A stretch of 54,454 nt of DNA from the IMG/VR virus record IMGVR_UViG_3300031974_003269, positions 1 through 54,454 of that record; one strand, 5' to 3'. The DNA is from a virus. Its lineage: Duplodnaviria; Caudoviricetes. The notes under the pieces were generated by a model. The model had not been told where the DNA came from. It was given only the letters and a program-made list of their open reading frames with translations, and ran no database searches. A program made the translations under genes and the position numbers. Shown one piece after another: positions 8,544 through 17,452 of this stretch; the stretch's first letter is position 1, and every line of letters starts with the position of its first letter.

Positions 8544-8588
8544 ACCTCTTAGGACGGTCATGCGTGGTGCATGACTGCCATTCGTAAC
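8498..8588 (+). ncRNA. Structured 5' leader (three-way junction)
   Basis: 8503-8511/8551-8559 stem encloses two hairpins, one with a GTAA (GNRA) loop; outer pair 8498-8504/8582-8588. Confidence 0.55.
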
Positions 8589-8606
8589 ACTCAACTACTT
8601 ATTACT

Positions 8607-8894
8607 ATGTCTGTATCTTCTCTATTACTCGCATGCGGTTTCACTTCTGCCGAACATGTCAAAAACACTATCGAAGTCATCGAGCGTACAGCTACCATCG
8701 ACACTCTTCGCGAAGTAGCTTTACGAAACTTAGAAGCTAACTGCATTACTGGTAGCTTCGGCGGTAAAGCTGACTTTCTAGCTACCGTGCCAACCTTCCT
8801 ACCTTACGGTTGTAAGCAATCAGTACCTCTCGGTTCTGGTCTCGATGACGACGGCACTTTCGCAAACCATGACGATTATATCGCTCATGACTAA
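8607..8894 (+). CDS. Hypothetical early protein
   Basis: First ORF after promoter and leader. Confidence 0.65.
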   Translation: MSVSSLLLACGFTSAEHVKNTIEVIERTATIDTLREVALRNLEANCITGSFGGKADFLATVPTFLPYGCKQSVPLGSGLDDDGTFANHDDYIAHD

Positions 8895-8909
8895 CTTTCA
8901 ACACTTTGC

Positions 8910-9323
8910 ATTGTCCTGATCAGATGATGCGGGGACGCTCGTACACAGGTTGCACTGACAGCCTGCGAGCACAAGTTCTGAGTTCTCTTAGCAGAGGCAC
9001 CCTCGAGCTATTGCTGCAATGGGGTGGTCGGGCACGACACTTAGAGGTTTCAGATCAGTATCTTCCATTGCACTCTCATCGCCGAGCTTATGCAAAGCAT
9101 GCGAAGCACCTAGTACAACAGCCATGTGGCAGAGGAACGGCGGACGCATCCCGTAGCGGGGTCGAGAGGTACGGTCATAGGCACTAAACTATGACGCTAA
9201 ATAACTTGTTATTCAGTTTTCCGTTGGAGGTACGGCGAGCGATCGCTTACTCCTCCCAGCAATGTCGCATAAAAGAAGATACTGTTGCTGGATGGCAGGC
9301 TACCAAGCTCCTGCCCCCCACCA
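8910..9323 (+). ncRNA. Large structured non-coding RNA, family not recognised
   Basis: Nested long-range helices (9056-9065/9275-9284, 9066-9071/9259-9264, 9073-9077/9164-9168, 9080-9084/9138-9142) plus many hairpins; G-U pairs favour plus strand. Confidence 0.65.
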
Positions 9324-9340
9324 CTTTCTTCGGTGTTACT

Positions 9341-9368
9341 TGACCTAAGCATGTCACAAAACTGCTTA
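9341..9368 (+). ncRNA. H-type pseudoknot leader element, copy 1
   Basis: TGAC/GTCA and TAAGCA/TGCTTA stems; covaries with copy 2. Confidence 0.7.
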
Positions 9369-9413
9369 TTACTTTTTACACCGAGTCACAACAACACACC
9401 AACCACTATCACT

Positions 9414-9689
9414 ATGGAAACAATACGACCACATAACTGGGTATCAGCTGCTCAATTATTACAGAATACAGAACCCGAAACAGAGTATCCGCTAAAACTA
9501 GACGACGAAGATATCAGCGGTCTCGATGTAGCCTTCGATCTACACAGCCGTTTCGACGCAGCACGAATGGGACACGAAGTATTCGACAACACCATCGACT
9601 GGATACTCGACGGCAAACTCGTACTTATCGACTCCAAAAACGAAAAAGTATGCTGCTGCCCAATGAAATTCAAAAACATCAAACTTTAA
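9414..9689 (+). CDS. Hypothetical early protein
   Basis: METIRPHNW start after ACACACCA leader. Confidence 0.7.
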   Translation: METIRPHNWVSAAQLLQNTEPETEYPLKLDDEDISGLDVAFDLHSRFDAARMGHEVFDNTIDWILDGKLVLIDSKNEKVCCCPMKFKNIKL

Positions 9690-9699
9690 TTTACGCATC

Positions 9700-9993
9700 A
9701 TGAACTGGCATAAAGATACAAACTACTACGGAGAACCTTACGACTTCCGAGGCAAACCAAGACCTATGGACTGGCGAGACATTTTCACACTCGAAGACAC
9801 ACTAAAAAATGTCCGCAAACAGATCAGGCTACTTACAAAATACATTAACTACAAAGCCAATCTCGGTATACAACCAGCAGGTCCGTTAGTAGAAATCCGT
9901 AACAACCTACGCAAAGAAATGAGCTCTTTAGCAACACAAATTAAAAAAGCACGATACGAAGCGTCATCAGTAGAAACAACAGATGACTTTTAA
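9700..9993 (+). CDS. Hypothetical early protein
   Basis: Operon packing and cassette codon usage. Confidence 0.7.
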   Translation: MNWHKDTNYYGEPYDFRGKPRPMDWRDIFTLEDTLKNVRKQIRLLTKYINYKANLGIQPAGPLVEIRNNLRKEMSSLATQIKKARYEASSVETTDDF

Positions 9994-10022
9994 TCAACAA
10001 CACAACAACACAACAACACACC
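9991..10022 (+). repeat. TAATCAACAACAC... intergenic leader repeat (second copy 10248-10280)
   Basis: CAACAACA units ending in ACACACC before ATG. Confidence 0.7.
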
Positions 10023-10025
10023 GAC

Positions 10026-10250
10026 ATGAAAATTGAAAGCATGCAAGTCAGCATCATTAAAACTAACAAACGAGGCGTTAAACAACAACTCTCCGTATGC
10101 ATAAACGACCAATCAACAAACGCAAACCGTTGGGCTATGCGTGAAATGATGCGATGCATAAATCACAACTGCAAATGGCCTGATCTTCACCGACTAGGAA
10201 AAGTATTCGTAAAACTAACATACCCAAAACCTAGCAAATACTGGGACTAA
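10026..10250 (+). CDS. Hypothetical early protein
   Basis: Flanked by leader repeats. Confidence 0.7.
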   Translation: MKIESMQVSIIKTNKRGVKQQLSVCINDQSTNANRWAMREMMRCINHNCKWPDLHRLGKVFVKLTYPKPSKYWD

Positions 10251-10282
10251 TCAACAACACAACAACACACCAACACACCACA

Positions 10283-10405
10283 ATGAACCTACTACTCAGC
10301 ATAATATCAATCGTACTATGGACTTCAATTTTCATAACTTGGCTAAGCATCTTCGCCGTTATGACTTACGAAATATTCTTCAGCTCTAACGATTACGATC
10401 AATGA
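10283..10405 (+). CDS. Small membrane protein (40 aa)
   Basis: Manual translation MNLLLSIISIVLWTSIFITWLSIFAVMTYEIFF...; ATGA overlap with next gene. Confidence 0.6.
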   Translation: MNLLLSIISIVLWTSIFITWLSIFAVMTYEIFFSSNDYDQ

Positions 10406-10980
10406 TCAATTACTTGCAACCTCACGACTACCAACGCTCTGTATCAGAACTATTAGAATTCTTGCTCTGGTGCACTTGCACTGCAGGCAAATCATCTAAA
10501 ACTATCACACCTCGATTCAATGATCTAATCGCTAACAACTCAGCAAAAAATGTCGTCGTATCTCACGGTAACCATATCCGCGGATTACTGCGTAAATACG
10601 GTATCGGTCAATACGAACGACTAACAAAATGCTGGCAACAAATCGGTAGAGGTAGCGTTGACAATATCAAATGCAGTAGCGGTAGTTTTCTAAAACATGC
10701 ACCTCGAGATCATCTTACATTAATACACGGTTTAGGTCTCAAAACAGCATCGTTCTTCATACAATGCACAAGACCACATGAAGATGTAGCTGTTCTCGAT
10801 GTACATATACTTAGATGGCTACAACAAGAGTTCCCTAAATACCCAGTTTCGACTCAGACACCTCAGTGCGAACACGAATACGCACGACTGGAAGCAATGT
10901 TTGTAGGTGCTTCAGCCGTGCTAAAACTAACTCCAGCAGAACTTGACCTACAAATATGGAAACAAAGTTCTCAAAACTAA
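10402..10980 (+). CDS. HhH-GPD superfamily DNA glycosylase/AP lyase, Ogg2-like
   Basis: IHGLGLKTASFF (HhH plus Lys), VAVLDVHILRWL (Asp), ELDLQIW. Confidence 0.85.
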   Translation: MINYLQPHDYQRSVSELLEFLLWCTCTAGKSSKTITPRFNDLIANNSAKNVVVSHGNHIRGLLRKYGIGQYERLTKCWQQIGRGSVDNIKCSSGSFLKHAPRDHLTLIHGLGLKTASFFIQCTRPHEDVAVLDVHILRWLQQEFPKYPVSTQTPQCEHEYARLEAMFVGASAVLKLTPAELDLQIWKQSSQN

Positions 10981-11001
10981 TAACCAAAAACAACACACCA
11001 A

Positions 11002-11376
11002 ATGCTAAACAGACAAAAACTACTACAGTTCATTAAATCTCTACGCGGTCAGATCTTTCAAGTATGCTGGATCAAAAAAGACGGTACACATAGATGTGCT
11101 AATGTACGACTAGGCGTCCACACTAAACGCAAAGGTAACGGCAAAAGCCCAGCTAAATCAGATAACAGTTACATTACTGTCTATCTCATGTGGTCAATGG
11201 ATGGCGACACTTTCAAAGCTGAAAAAGGTTACCGACTCCTTAATCTTGATACAATTACCAGTATCCAAGCTAAAGGATTACATTACGAAATACACCCCGA
11301 ACCAATTGTATCATCAATTGATCTATCGCTCTCGCATGAAGAACAGCCAAACAATGTCGTCGCTCTCTCGGCCTAG
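11002..11376 (+). CDS. SH3/WYL-like beta-barrel phage protein
   Basis: F.V..IKKDGT.R...GYR..NLDTI pattern. Confidence 0.65.
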   Translation: MLNRQKLLQFIKSLRGQIFQVCWIKKDGTHRCANVRLGVHTKRKGNGKSPAKSDNSYITVYLMWSMDGDTFKAEKGYRLLNLDTITSIQAKGLHYEIHPEPIVSSIDLSLSHEEQPNNVVALSA

Positions 11377-11581
11377 TACAAAACACCGCCGATTCTTCTA
11401 TCACTACAACAAAATCAAGAAGTGCTTAACCGTTCACTTCGCAAACAAATGTCTACTAACGGATAACATCACTGTCTTAGTTCCTTCAGAATCTAAAGAC
11501 AACAAATCACAACCGCACAAAACCATTCAAGGTTGGTGCACAAATATCAATCATACAAAACAACACACCATAATATCATGA
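11354..11581 (+). CDS. Conserved phage hypothetical protein
   Basis: RRFFYHYNK...TVHF...C...QP pattern. Confidence 0.65.
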   Translation: MSSLSRPSTKHRRFFYHYNKIKKCLTVHFANKCLLTDNITVLVPSESKDNKSQPHKTIQGWCTNINHTKQHTIIS

Positions 11582-12303
11582 CTTATATACTATCAGGAGC
11601 AAACGAAGTAACATGGGAACAACTCAAATCAATACCAACACCAAAAGCAAAAGGTCGGTGGCACCCAGTCACTCACAAAACTGTTGCCAGTCACATCATT
11701 GGACTCACACAACAACGCGGTCACACCATCAACGAAATTCGTTACGGTATCGACAAATACAACGACATGTTCGGTTACATGCGTCTAAACAACACAAGTG
11801 CAATCGGTAACAATGCAGACAGCGTTCAACAAGTAGTCGGCTTCCGTAACAGCCACAACAAACGATTCTCAGTAAGTGCTGTTGCCGGTTCACAAGTTAT
11901 GGTATGCAGTAACTTACAGTTTCGAGGAGAGCACGGTATGCGTCGTAAACATACCACACATGTTATGCGTGACTTAGGTAATCGCATAAACGACATGCTC
12001 AACGACGCTTTCGGCGAATGGGAAGATACAGTCAAATCATACACTAAATATTCGCTAACACCACTATCAAGCAAAGACGCTGACCATCTTATCATGCGTT
12101 CTGCTAAAGCTGGTGCTATCAACCCATCTGATGTACTCAAAGTCGAACACGAGTTTTACAACCCAACTCATGACGATTTTGCAGATCACAATGCCTGGTC
12201 GCTATTCAATGCTACTACAGAAATTCTTAAGCGTGTACCTACTCAACTTCAGCAAAAGACCATCAAGCTACACAAAGTGTACGATGAGTTCTGCACTGCT
12301 TGA
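11578..12303 (+). CDS. DUF932-like protein
   Basis: HPVTH, GFRNSHNK, VMVCSNL.F, RKHT, AWSLFNATTE. Confidence 0.75.
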   Translation: MTYILSGANEVTWEQLKSIPTPKAKGRWHPVTHKTVASHIIGLTQQRGHTINEIRYGIDKYNDMFGYMRLNNTSAIGNNADSVQQVVGFRNSHNKRFSVSAVAGSQVMVCSNLQFRGEHGMRRKHTTHVMRDLGNRINDMLNDAFGEWEDTVKSYTKYSLTPLSSKDADHLIMRSAKAGAINPSDVLKVEHEFYNPTHDDFADHNAWSLFNATTEILKRVPTQLQQKTIKLHKVYDEFCTA

Positions 12304-12512
12304 ACTATAGTGAAGCTGTAAAGATACTCTGTAACAAATCAAAATACGATAAATCAGAACATCGTCGTGCGTTAGACTTTCTAAAACGCCACAAACAAGT
12401 AAGCCGCTGCCAATACTGTGGTTCTATCAAACACAACACCAACGCAACGCCTTGTTTCCGCTGTCTAACACATCACGCGCATAATCTACACAAACACTAT
12501 GACTTACACTAA
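12300..12512 (+). CDS. Small Zn-finger protein
   Basis: CQYC...CFRC. Confidence 0.5.
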   Translation: MNYSEAVKILCNKSKYDKSEHRRALDFLKRHKQVSRCQYCGSIKHNTNATPCFRCLTHHAHNLHKHYDLH

Positions 12513-13272
12513 CATCAAAAACAAACCGTTACGATGGAGCGTGGGCAATGCAAAGCTATCAAAACGCATTATTCACTTCTCACTGCCTTCAGGTCACTCG
12601 TGTCCAGCTGCACATCTATGCTTGTCAAAAGCTGACATGACCGACGGCACTATCACTGACGGCGAACATACTGAGTACAGATGTTATGCAGCAACGCAAG
12701 AAGCTGCTTACCCATCACTGCGTAAAATACGATGGGATAACTTCCTCGAACTCAAAAACTGTTCACGCAAAAAGATATTCACGAAACTTCGTGCATCTCT
12801 AGCACCATTGCATGCACAGTATATGCTCGACCACGATCAGCGTCCTATAATTCGTGCACATGTTGGCGGTGACTTCTTCAACGAAGCTTACTTCCTAGCA
12901 TGGCTCGACTTAGCTAACGAATACCATCCAACACAATTCTACGCGTACACAAAACGCTTAGACTTATGGGTCAAACACATAGACAATATACCAGACAACT
13001 TCGAGCTTAACGCATCTCGCGGTGGTAAACACGACCACCTAATAGATAAACATAATCTCAAGTCAGCTACTGTAGTATACAGTCATGAACAAGCTAAACG
13101 ACTCAATCTCGAATTAGATCACGACGATTCACATGCATACAATGCAACAGGATCATTCGCTCAACTAATTCACGGCACTCAACCCAAAGGATCTGCTGCT
13201 AGCAAAGCAATATCCAAACTCAGAACAAAATATGGCTGCGTCGGACATCGTGCAAGTACCCCGTCTGTGTAA
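12499..13272 (+). CDS. GP88-family phage protein
   Basis: GNAKL, FSLPSGHSCP, CYA, RAHVGGDFF, FYAYTK motifs. Confidence 0.75.
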   Translation: MTYTNIKNKPLRWSVGNAKLSKRIIHFSLPSGHSCPAAHLCLSKADMTDGTITDGEHTEYRCYAATQEAAYPSLRKIRWDNFLELKNCSRKKIFTKLRASLAPLHAQYMLDHDQRPIIRAHVGGDFFNEAYFLAWLDLANEYHPTQFYAYTKRLDLWVKHIDNIPDNFELNASRGGKHDHLIDKHNLKSATVVYSHEQAKRLNLELDHDDSHAYNATGSFAQLIHGTQPKGSAASKAISKLRTKYGCVGHRASTPSV

Positions 13273-13903
13273 ACAGCGTATAACAAAATTCTTCGCAGGT
13301 ATAACACCTCGCAAGAAACAGCAATACATAGACGACTGGTCACAACTAACACCTCGTAGTAATCACAGTAAACTAAACCGTTGGCGTTTCGCATACTGCA
13401 CAGTGCATACGCCCTGGCTTCGTAGCTGTGAACAATACGATCTAATCAAAAACAAAAACAAAACATCAACATATGACACACTAGTTCAACTACTCAAACA
13501 AACATCAGGTGGCATGTTCACTATCAAAGCTACAGGTATCAATCACCTACAAGAGCTTTGGTCTAAAGATCCATCTATGTTCGAACCAACCTCAGATTGG
13601 CAATCATGGCGAGACAACCTTGCATCAAAGCTAAAGAAGCTAGGCATGGCAAAAACATCATTCGCTATCGAAATGCTGCATCCGCTAAACGCAAACTTGA
13701 TATGCATTGATCGACACATGTTCAAAGCATTCGGATGGCACCGTGTAGACGACTCAGCATCTGTTAAACAATACAGATACTACGAAGACTACTGGCTTGA
13801 TATGTCAGCAGCTTTCAATGTCTCACCCGTTATAGCACGCAACATATTCTGGGACAAAATTCAAAAACAACCTAACTCACTATACTGGGCAAAATACCTA
13901 TAA
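13232..13903 (+). CDS. Second HhH-GPD-like DNA glycosylase
   Basis: KKLGMAKTSFAIEML...ICIDRHM, Y..YE..W. Confidence 0.7.
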   Translation: MAASDIVQVPRLCKQRITKFFAGITPRKKQQYIDDWSQLTPRSNHSKLNRWRFAYCTVHTPWLRSCEQYDLIKNKNKTSTYDTLVQLLKQTSGGMFTIKATGINHLQELWSKDPSMFEPTSDWQSWRDNLASKLKKLGMAKTSFAIEMLHPLNANLICIDRHMFKAFGWHRVDDSASVKQYRYYEDYWLDMSAAFNVSPVIARNIFWDKIQKQPNSLYWAKYL

Positions 13904-13908
13904 CTATC

Positions 13909-14874
13909 ATGAACAATATCGATTACGCTCTCGGTCCAAATTCAATATTCGTATACGACCGAATCAACAATAAACCTATCGAAGTCACAAGCGATCGCGT
14001 TAACTACAAACCTCTTCTTGAAGCTCTACAACGAGGTGTTGAAGAAGAAGTTCTCGAACTACTTGACGAAACGCATGTACTTAATGTTATCAGCGACGGC
14101 AAAGTTGTTGTTAAAAACAACTCTGTATTCTACAACGGTAGAGAACTGCATACAGCAGAAGCTAAAAAGCTAACTGATCTAGTATCAGAAGGTGTAACAG
14201 ACATATCTCGCTGGTGCCGTTTCATCGAACGACTGCAAAATAATCCATCGTACCACTGTCGCAATCAAGCATACAACTTCATTGCACATACAGGTATGCC
14301 AATGACTGCCGATGGCAAACTCATCGGTTACAAAGGTGTACGAGATGATTACCACGACAAATACAGTGGCAAATTCAGTAACCATGTAGGTGCAGAACTA
14401 TCAATGCATCGATCAGATGTTGACGACAATCCTAACAACGGATGCTCATCTGGCTTCCATGTAGGTTCTTACGAATACGCTAACGACTGGGCATCAAGTG
14501 ACGGCAAACTAATGATTGTCGAGTACTGTCCATCAGACATCGTATCAGTGCCTGACGAATCCGGTTACGGTAAACTGCGTGTATGCAAATACAAAGTTAT
14601 ATCTGAGCATGTTAACCGTACTAAACTAAACGACGGTGCATACGGTAACGCACAATTCAACGACAGCGACCTATTCGATTACATAGACAATCGTACAGAT
14701 CAAATAGATGAATTAGGCAGTCTCTACTACAAAGATCTAAAGCAAGAATTTCCAACAGTAACAATGCATGATGTTAAAGACGCTATAGAAATGCATAGCG
14801 AATACCATCTCGATTGTACATGGGACGGCTCTGCAAACGATTACATAATCAGTATGCAATCTCTTCCGTGCTAG
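13909..14874 (+). CDS. rIIB: rIIB-like protein
   Basis: L..NPS, GYKGVR.DY.D..SG...N, M.R..VDDN...CSSGFHVG, DIVSVP, KLRVCKY. Confidence 0.85.
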   Translation: MNNIDYALGPNSIFVYDRINNKPIEVTSDRVNYKPLLEALQRGVEEEVLELLDETHVLNVISDGKVVVKNNSVFYNGRELHTAEAKKLTDLVSEGVTDISRWCRFIERLQNNPSYHCRNQAYNFIAHTGMPMTADGKLIGYKGVRDDYHDKYSGKFSNHVGAELSMHRSDVDDNPNNGCSSGFHVGSYEYANDWASSDGKLMIVEYCPSDIVSVPDESGYGKLRVCKYKVISEHVNRTKLNDGAYGNAQFNDSDLFDYIDNRTDQIDELGSLYYKDLKQEFPTVTMHDVKDAIEMHSEYHLDCTWDGSANDYIISMQSLPC

Positions 14875-14909
14875 GTGCTACACTAGTGCGGTTTTCATAA
14901 TAGTTAAGT

Positions 14910-14937
14910 TGACCTGAGCATGTCACAAAACTGCTCA
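14910..14937 (+). ncRNA. H-type pseudoknot leader element, copy 2
   Basis: TGAC/GTCA and TGAGCA/TGCTCA stems. Confidence 0.7.
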
Positions 14938-14969
14938 TATTAACTACAACACAGCAAAACATATATACT

Positions 14970-17051
14970 ATGAAGCTAGAACAAAATACATCACAACACA
15001 CCACAACTATCACAAAAGCAGCCGACTTCGGCATAAACGAAAATGATCTATCTCACATCATGGGCATTCTCCGCTCACAAATATATTCTGACAAACTCAT
15101 GGCAGTCATCCGCGAGTATTCTACCAATGCTACTGATGCTAACATCGAAGCCGGTCGCCCAGATACTCCTATATGCGTCCACTTACCTACAATCGCCGAT
15201 CCTTACATAGGTTTCCGCGACTTCGGTGTAGGTCTGTCAGAAGATGATGTTACACAGCTGTATGTCAAATACGGTGCATCAACAAAGCGTAACTCTAATG
15301 ACTACACAGGTTGCTTAGGTATCGGTTGCAAAGCAGGCTTTGCTTACGGTGACAACTTCCAGGTCATTACTCATCACGGCAGATACAGTAAAACATGGCT
15401 TGCTCGTATCGACGAAACCAAACGCGGTACTATCAGTCTTGTACATACAACTAACCACCACACACCTGTTAATACTGGTACAGAAGTTCGTGTATCAATA
15501 CGCAAAAATGACATAGAATCATGCATTAACAAAGCTAAACAACTGTTTACTTACTGGCGTGTACAACCAACATGCAATCTAGAGTTAGACAAACCAAAAT
15601 ACCACGCAGAATCAGATGACTGGGCAATACTAGATCTACGCGAACAAAGTTATGACCGCAGAGCATACTACAACTCAGCAGTCATTATGGGTAACATTGT
15701 ATATCCAATCAACCCACGCATGATCAAAACAAGTGACCTACCCGCATCTCTACTTGATTCATCTGCAGTTCTACTCCGTGCACCTGTCGGTTCATTAGAC
15801 ATCGCAGCTAACCGAGAATCATTAGAATACACTGACAGAACATGCGATTCAATCATTGCAATGTGTAACAACATGATTGCTGATCTTATACTCAATGTAA
15901 CAAACGCTGTAACCAAAGCACCTACTAGACTTAAAGCTAGTATGAATGCACATATTTACAGTCATTGCTTCAACTATAACATCAGTAGCAAACTTGTAAC
16001 CTCAGCTAAATGGCAAGGTCAACCACTGCTCGATGTTGTTGGCTTTCCAGAACATGGTGTATGCAAACACTCTAAGCATAAATCATGGCGAGCAAGCGGT
16101 GATGATGTATGGCGTAACAAACGCGACAAAGATATACGCAATATGAAAATCGACGCTAACAGTTACTTATGTGTATTCAATGACAATCAATACAATGACG
16201 CTAATGCAACTCGTCGTGTGCGTACTCTGCAATTGCAAAACAACGACGATCCAAATCATTCGTACTATGTCATACCAATGTCTAAACTTGATCAAATTAC
16301 ACCTACATTAACAAGCGATGACTACATTGACTTAGACAAAGTAGAACCACTCAAGCCTAACCGCACAACTATCACAACAAACAACGGTACAAAAAGCAAA
16401 AGTGTTCGTATCAATGTGTGTAAACTGCAACCTAACACGCTTAAATCATCAAGACTAAGTGCTGAATGCGAACCAACAATTGATCCTACACACAAAGTCT
16501 ATGTCTATGTACCACTAGATCGATTCGATTGGGTAGGCAAACCTGATGCGTTAGAAGAACTAGATGCTATCTATGATGCATTGCACACAATGCTAGGCTA
16601 TCGCCCAACAATCAACGGTGTCAAAAAACATTACATCAAAAAATTAGATGACCAATGGATGACACTAGACGCGTTCTACCTCAAAGTATTCACTGACTAT
16701 CGCAAATCAATACCTCATGTTGAAGATATACTACTAGCAACATCAGCATGTCACCACTACCACTGGTCACACGATATGCTTTCTTTGCTAGAACAATGCG
16801 ACAATCCTACAGTCTCAAAAGTAGCTAAAATACTGCTCATTCGTGACACTAATGTACATCACGACATCAAAAAGATATGCAAAGTAGGTTACTTACTTCA
16901 TGCAATTAAACGGACTGACTGGCTCAAAGATCAATGGTCAATCATAACAAACAAATACAAATTGTTATCAGGTATAAATTACTTGTCATATCCAATATCA
17001 GATACAACTGAGCAAGATTTCATTAACGACATCAACAAACTGTTAGCATGA
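14970..17051 (+). CDS. rIIA: rIIA-like protein with GHKL/Hsp90-type ATPase domain
   Basis: IYSDK.AVIREYSTNA.DA, RDFGVGLS, YGASTK, G.LGIG.K..FAY, NRESLEY. Confidence 0.88.
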   Translation: MKLEQNTSQHTTTITKAADFGINENDLSHIMGILRSQIYSDKLMAVIREYSTNATDANIEAGRPDTPICVHLPTIADPYIGFRDFGVGLSEDDVTQLYVKYGASTKRNSNDYTGCLGIGCKAGFAYGDNFQVITHHGRYSKTWLARIDETKRGTISLVHTTNHHTPVNTGTEVRVSIRKNDIESCINKAKQLFTYWRVQPTCNLELDKPKYHAESDDWAILDLREQSYDRRAYYNSAVIMGNIVYPINPRMIKTSDLPASLLDSSAVLLRAPVGSLDIAANRESLEYTDRTCDSIIAMCNNMIADLILNVTNAVTKAPTRLKASMNAHIYSHCFNYNISSKLVTSAKWQGQPLLDVVGFPEHGVCKHSKHKSWRASGDDVWRNKRDKDIRNMKIDANSYLCVFNDNQYNDANATRRVRTLQLQNNDDPNHSYYVIPMSKLDQITPTLTSDDYIDLDKVEPLKPNRTTITTNNGTKSKSVRINVCKLQPNTLKSSRLSAECEPTIDPTHKVYVYVPLDRFDWVGKPDALEELDAIYDALHTMLGYRPTINGVKKHYIKKLDDQWMTLDAFYLKVFTDYRKSIPHVEDILLATSACHHYHWSHDMLSLLEQCDNPTVSKVAKILLIRDTNVHHDIKKICKVGYLLHAIKRTDWLKDQWSIITNKYKLLSGINYLSYPISDTTEQDFINDINKLLA

Positions 17052-17404
17052 ACACACCAATACCAGTACACATCAAATCCCACCGCGGTATCAAACAAAA
17101 TCAAATTGTAAAAGATTACGAAATACCGCTTGTCAAAACATCACTGCGTACATGGGAACTCCCCAACAACGCAATAACAATATCAGGCGGAAGCGGTGTA
17201 ATCAGCTACAGATACACATACGACACAACGCGATCACAACACAGCAACATGGGTTGGTCTCGATATGCCAACGTTACTGTATACGGCAAAGACTTCGATA
17301 CATTCGAATACTCTGGCGTAATACACACACTAGAACGACACATACAGTTCATGGACACAATCAGACAAATTCATCCCATTATCAAATCCATATTCGATAA
17401 ATAA
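17048..17404 (+). CDS. Hypothetical protein
   Basis: ATGA overlap with rIIA. Confidence 0.65.
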   Translation: MNTPIPVHIKSHRGIKQNQIVKDYEIPLVKTSLRTWELPNNAITISGGSGVISYRYTYDTTRSQHSNMGWSRYANVTVYGKDFDTFEYSGVIHTLERHIQFMDTIRQIHPIIKSIFDK

Positions 17405-17410
17405 CCTCTC

Positions 17411-17452
17411 AGCCACAGGCATGTATACTCTGCATGTCTGTGGCTTTTTTTT
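17411..17452 (+). terminator. Intrinsic terminator
   Basis: AGCCACAGGCATG...CATGTCTGTGGCT followed by T tract. Confidence 0.85.

Noticed and set aside
8915-8935. Hammerhead core or RNase P/group I motifs in the large RNA
   Set aside because: CTGATCA/CAGATGA is not CTGANGA with a paired GAAA; GAGGAAC (9132) and GAAGATACTG only loosely resemble RNase P and group I consensus and lack partner elements
8906-9187. 93-aa ORF
   Set aside because: TTG start, no leader motif, composition unlike neighbouring genes; base pairing explains the region better
9294-9323. tmRNA/tRNA-like 3' end (hairpin then CCACCA)
   Set aside because: Loop is not TTCRANY, no 7-bp acceptor stem with a matching 5' end, no tag ORF recognised
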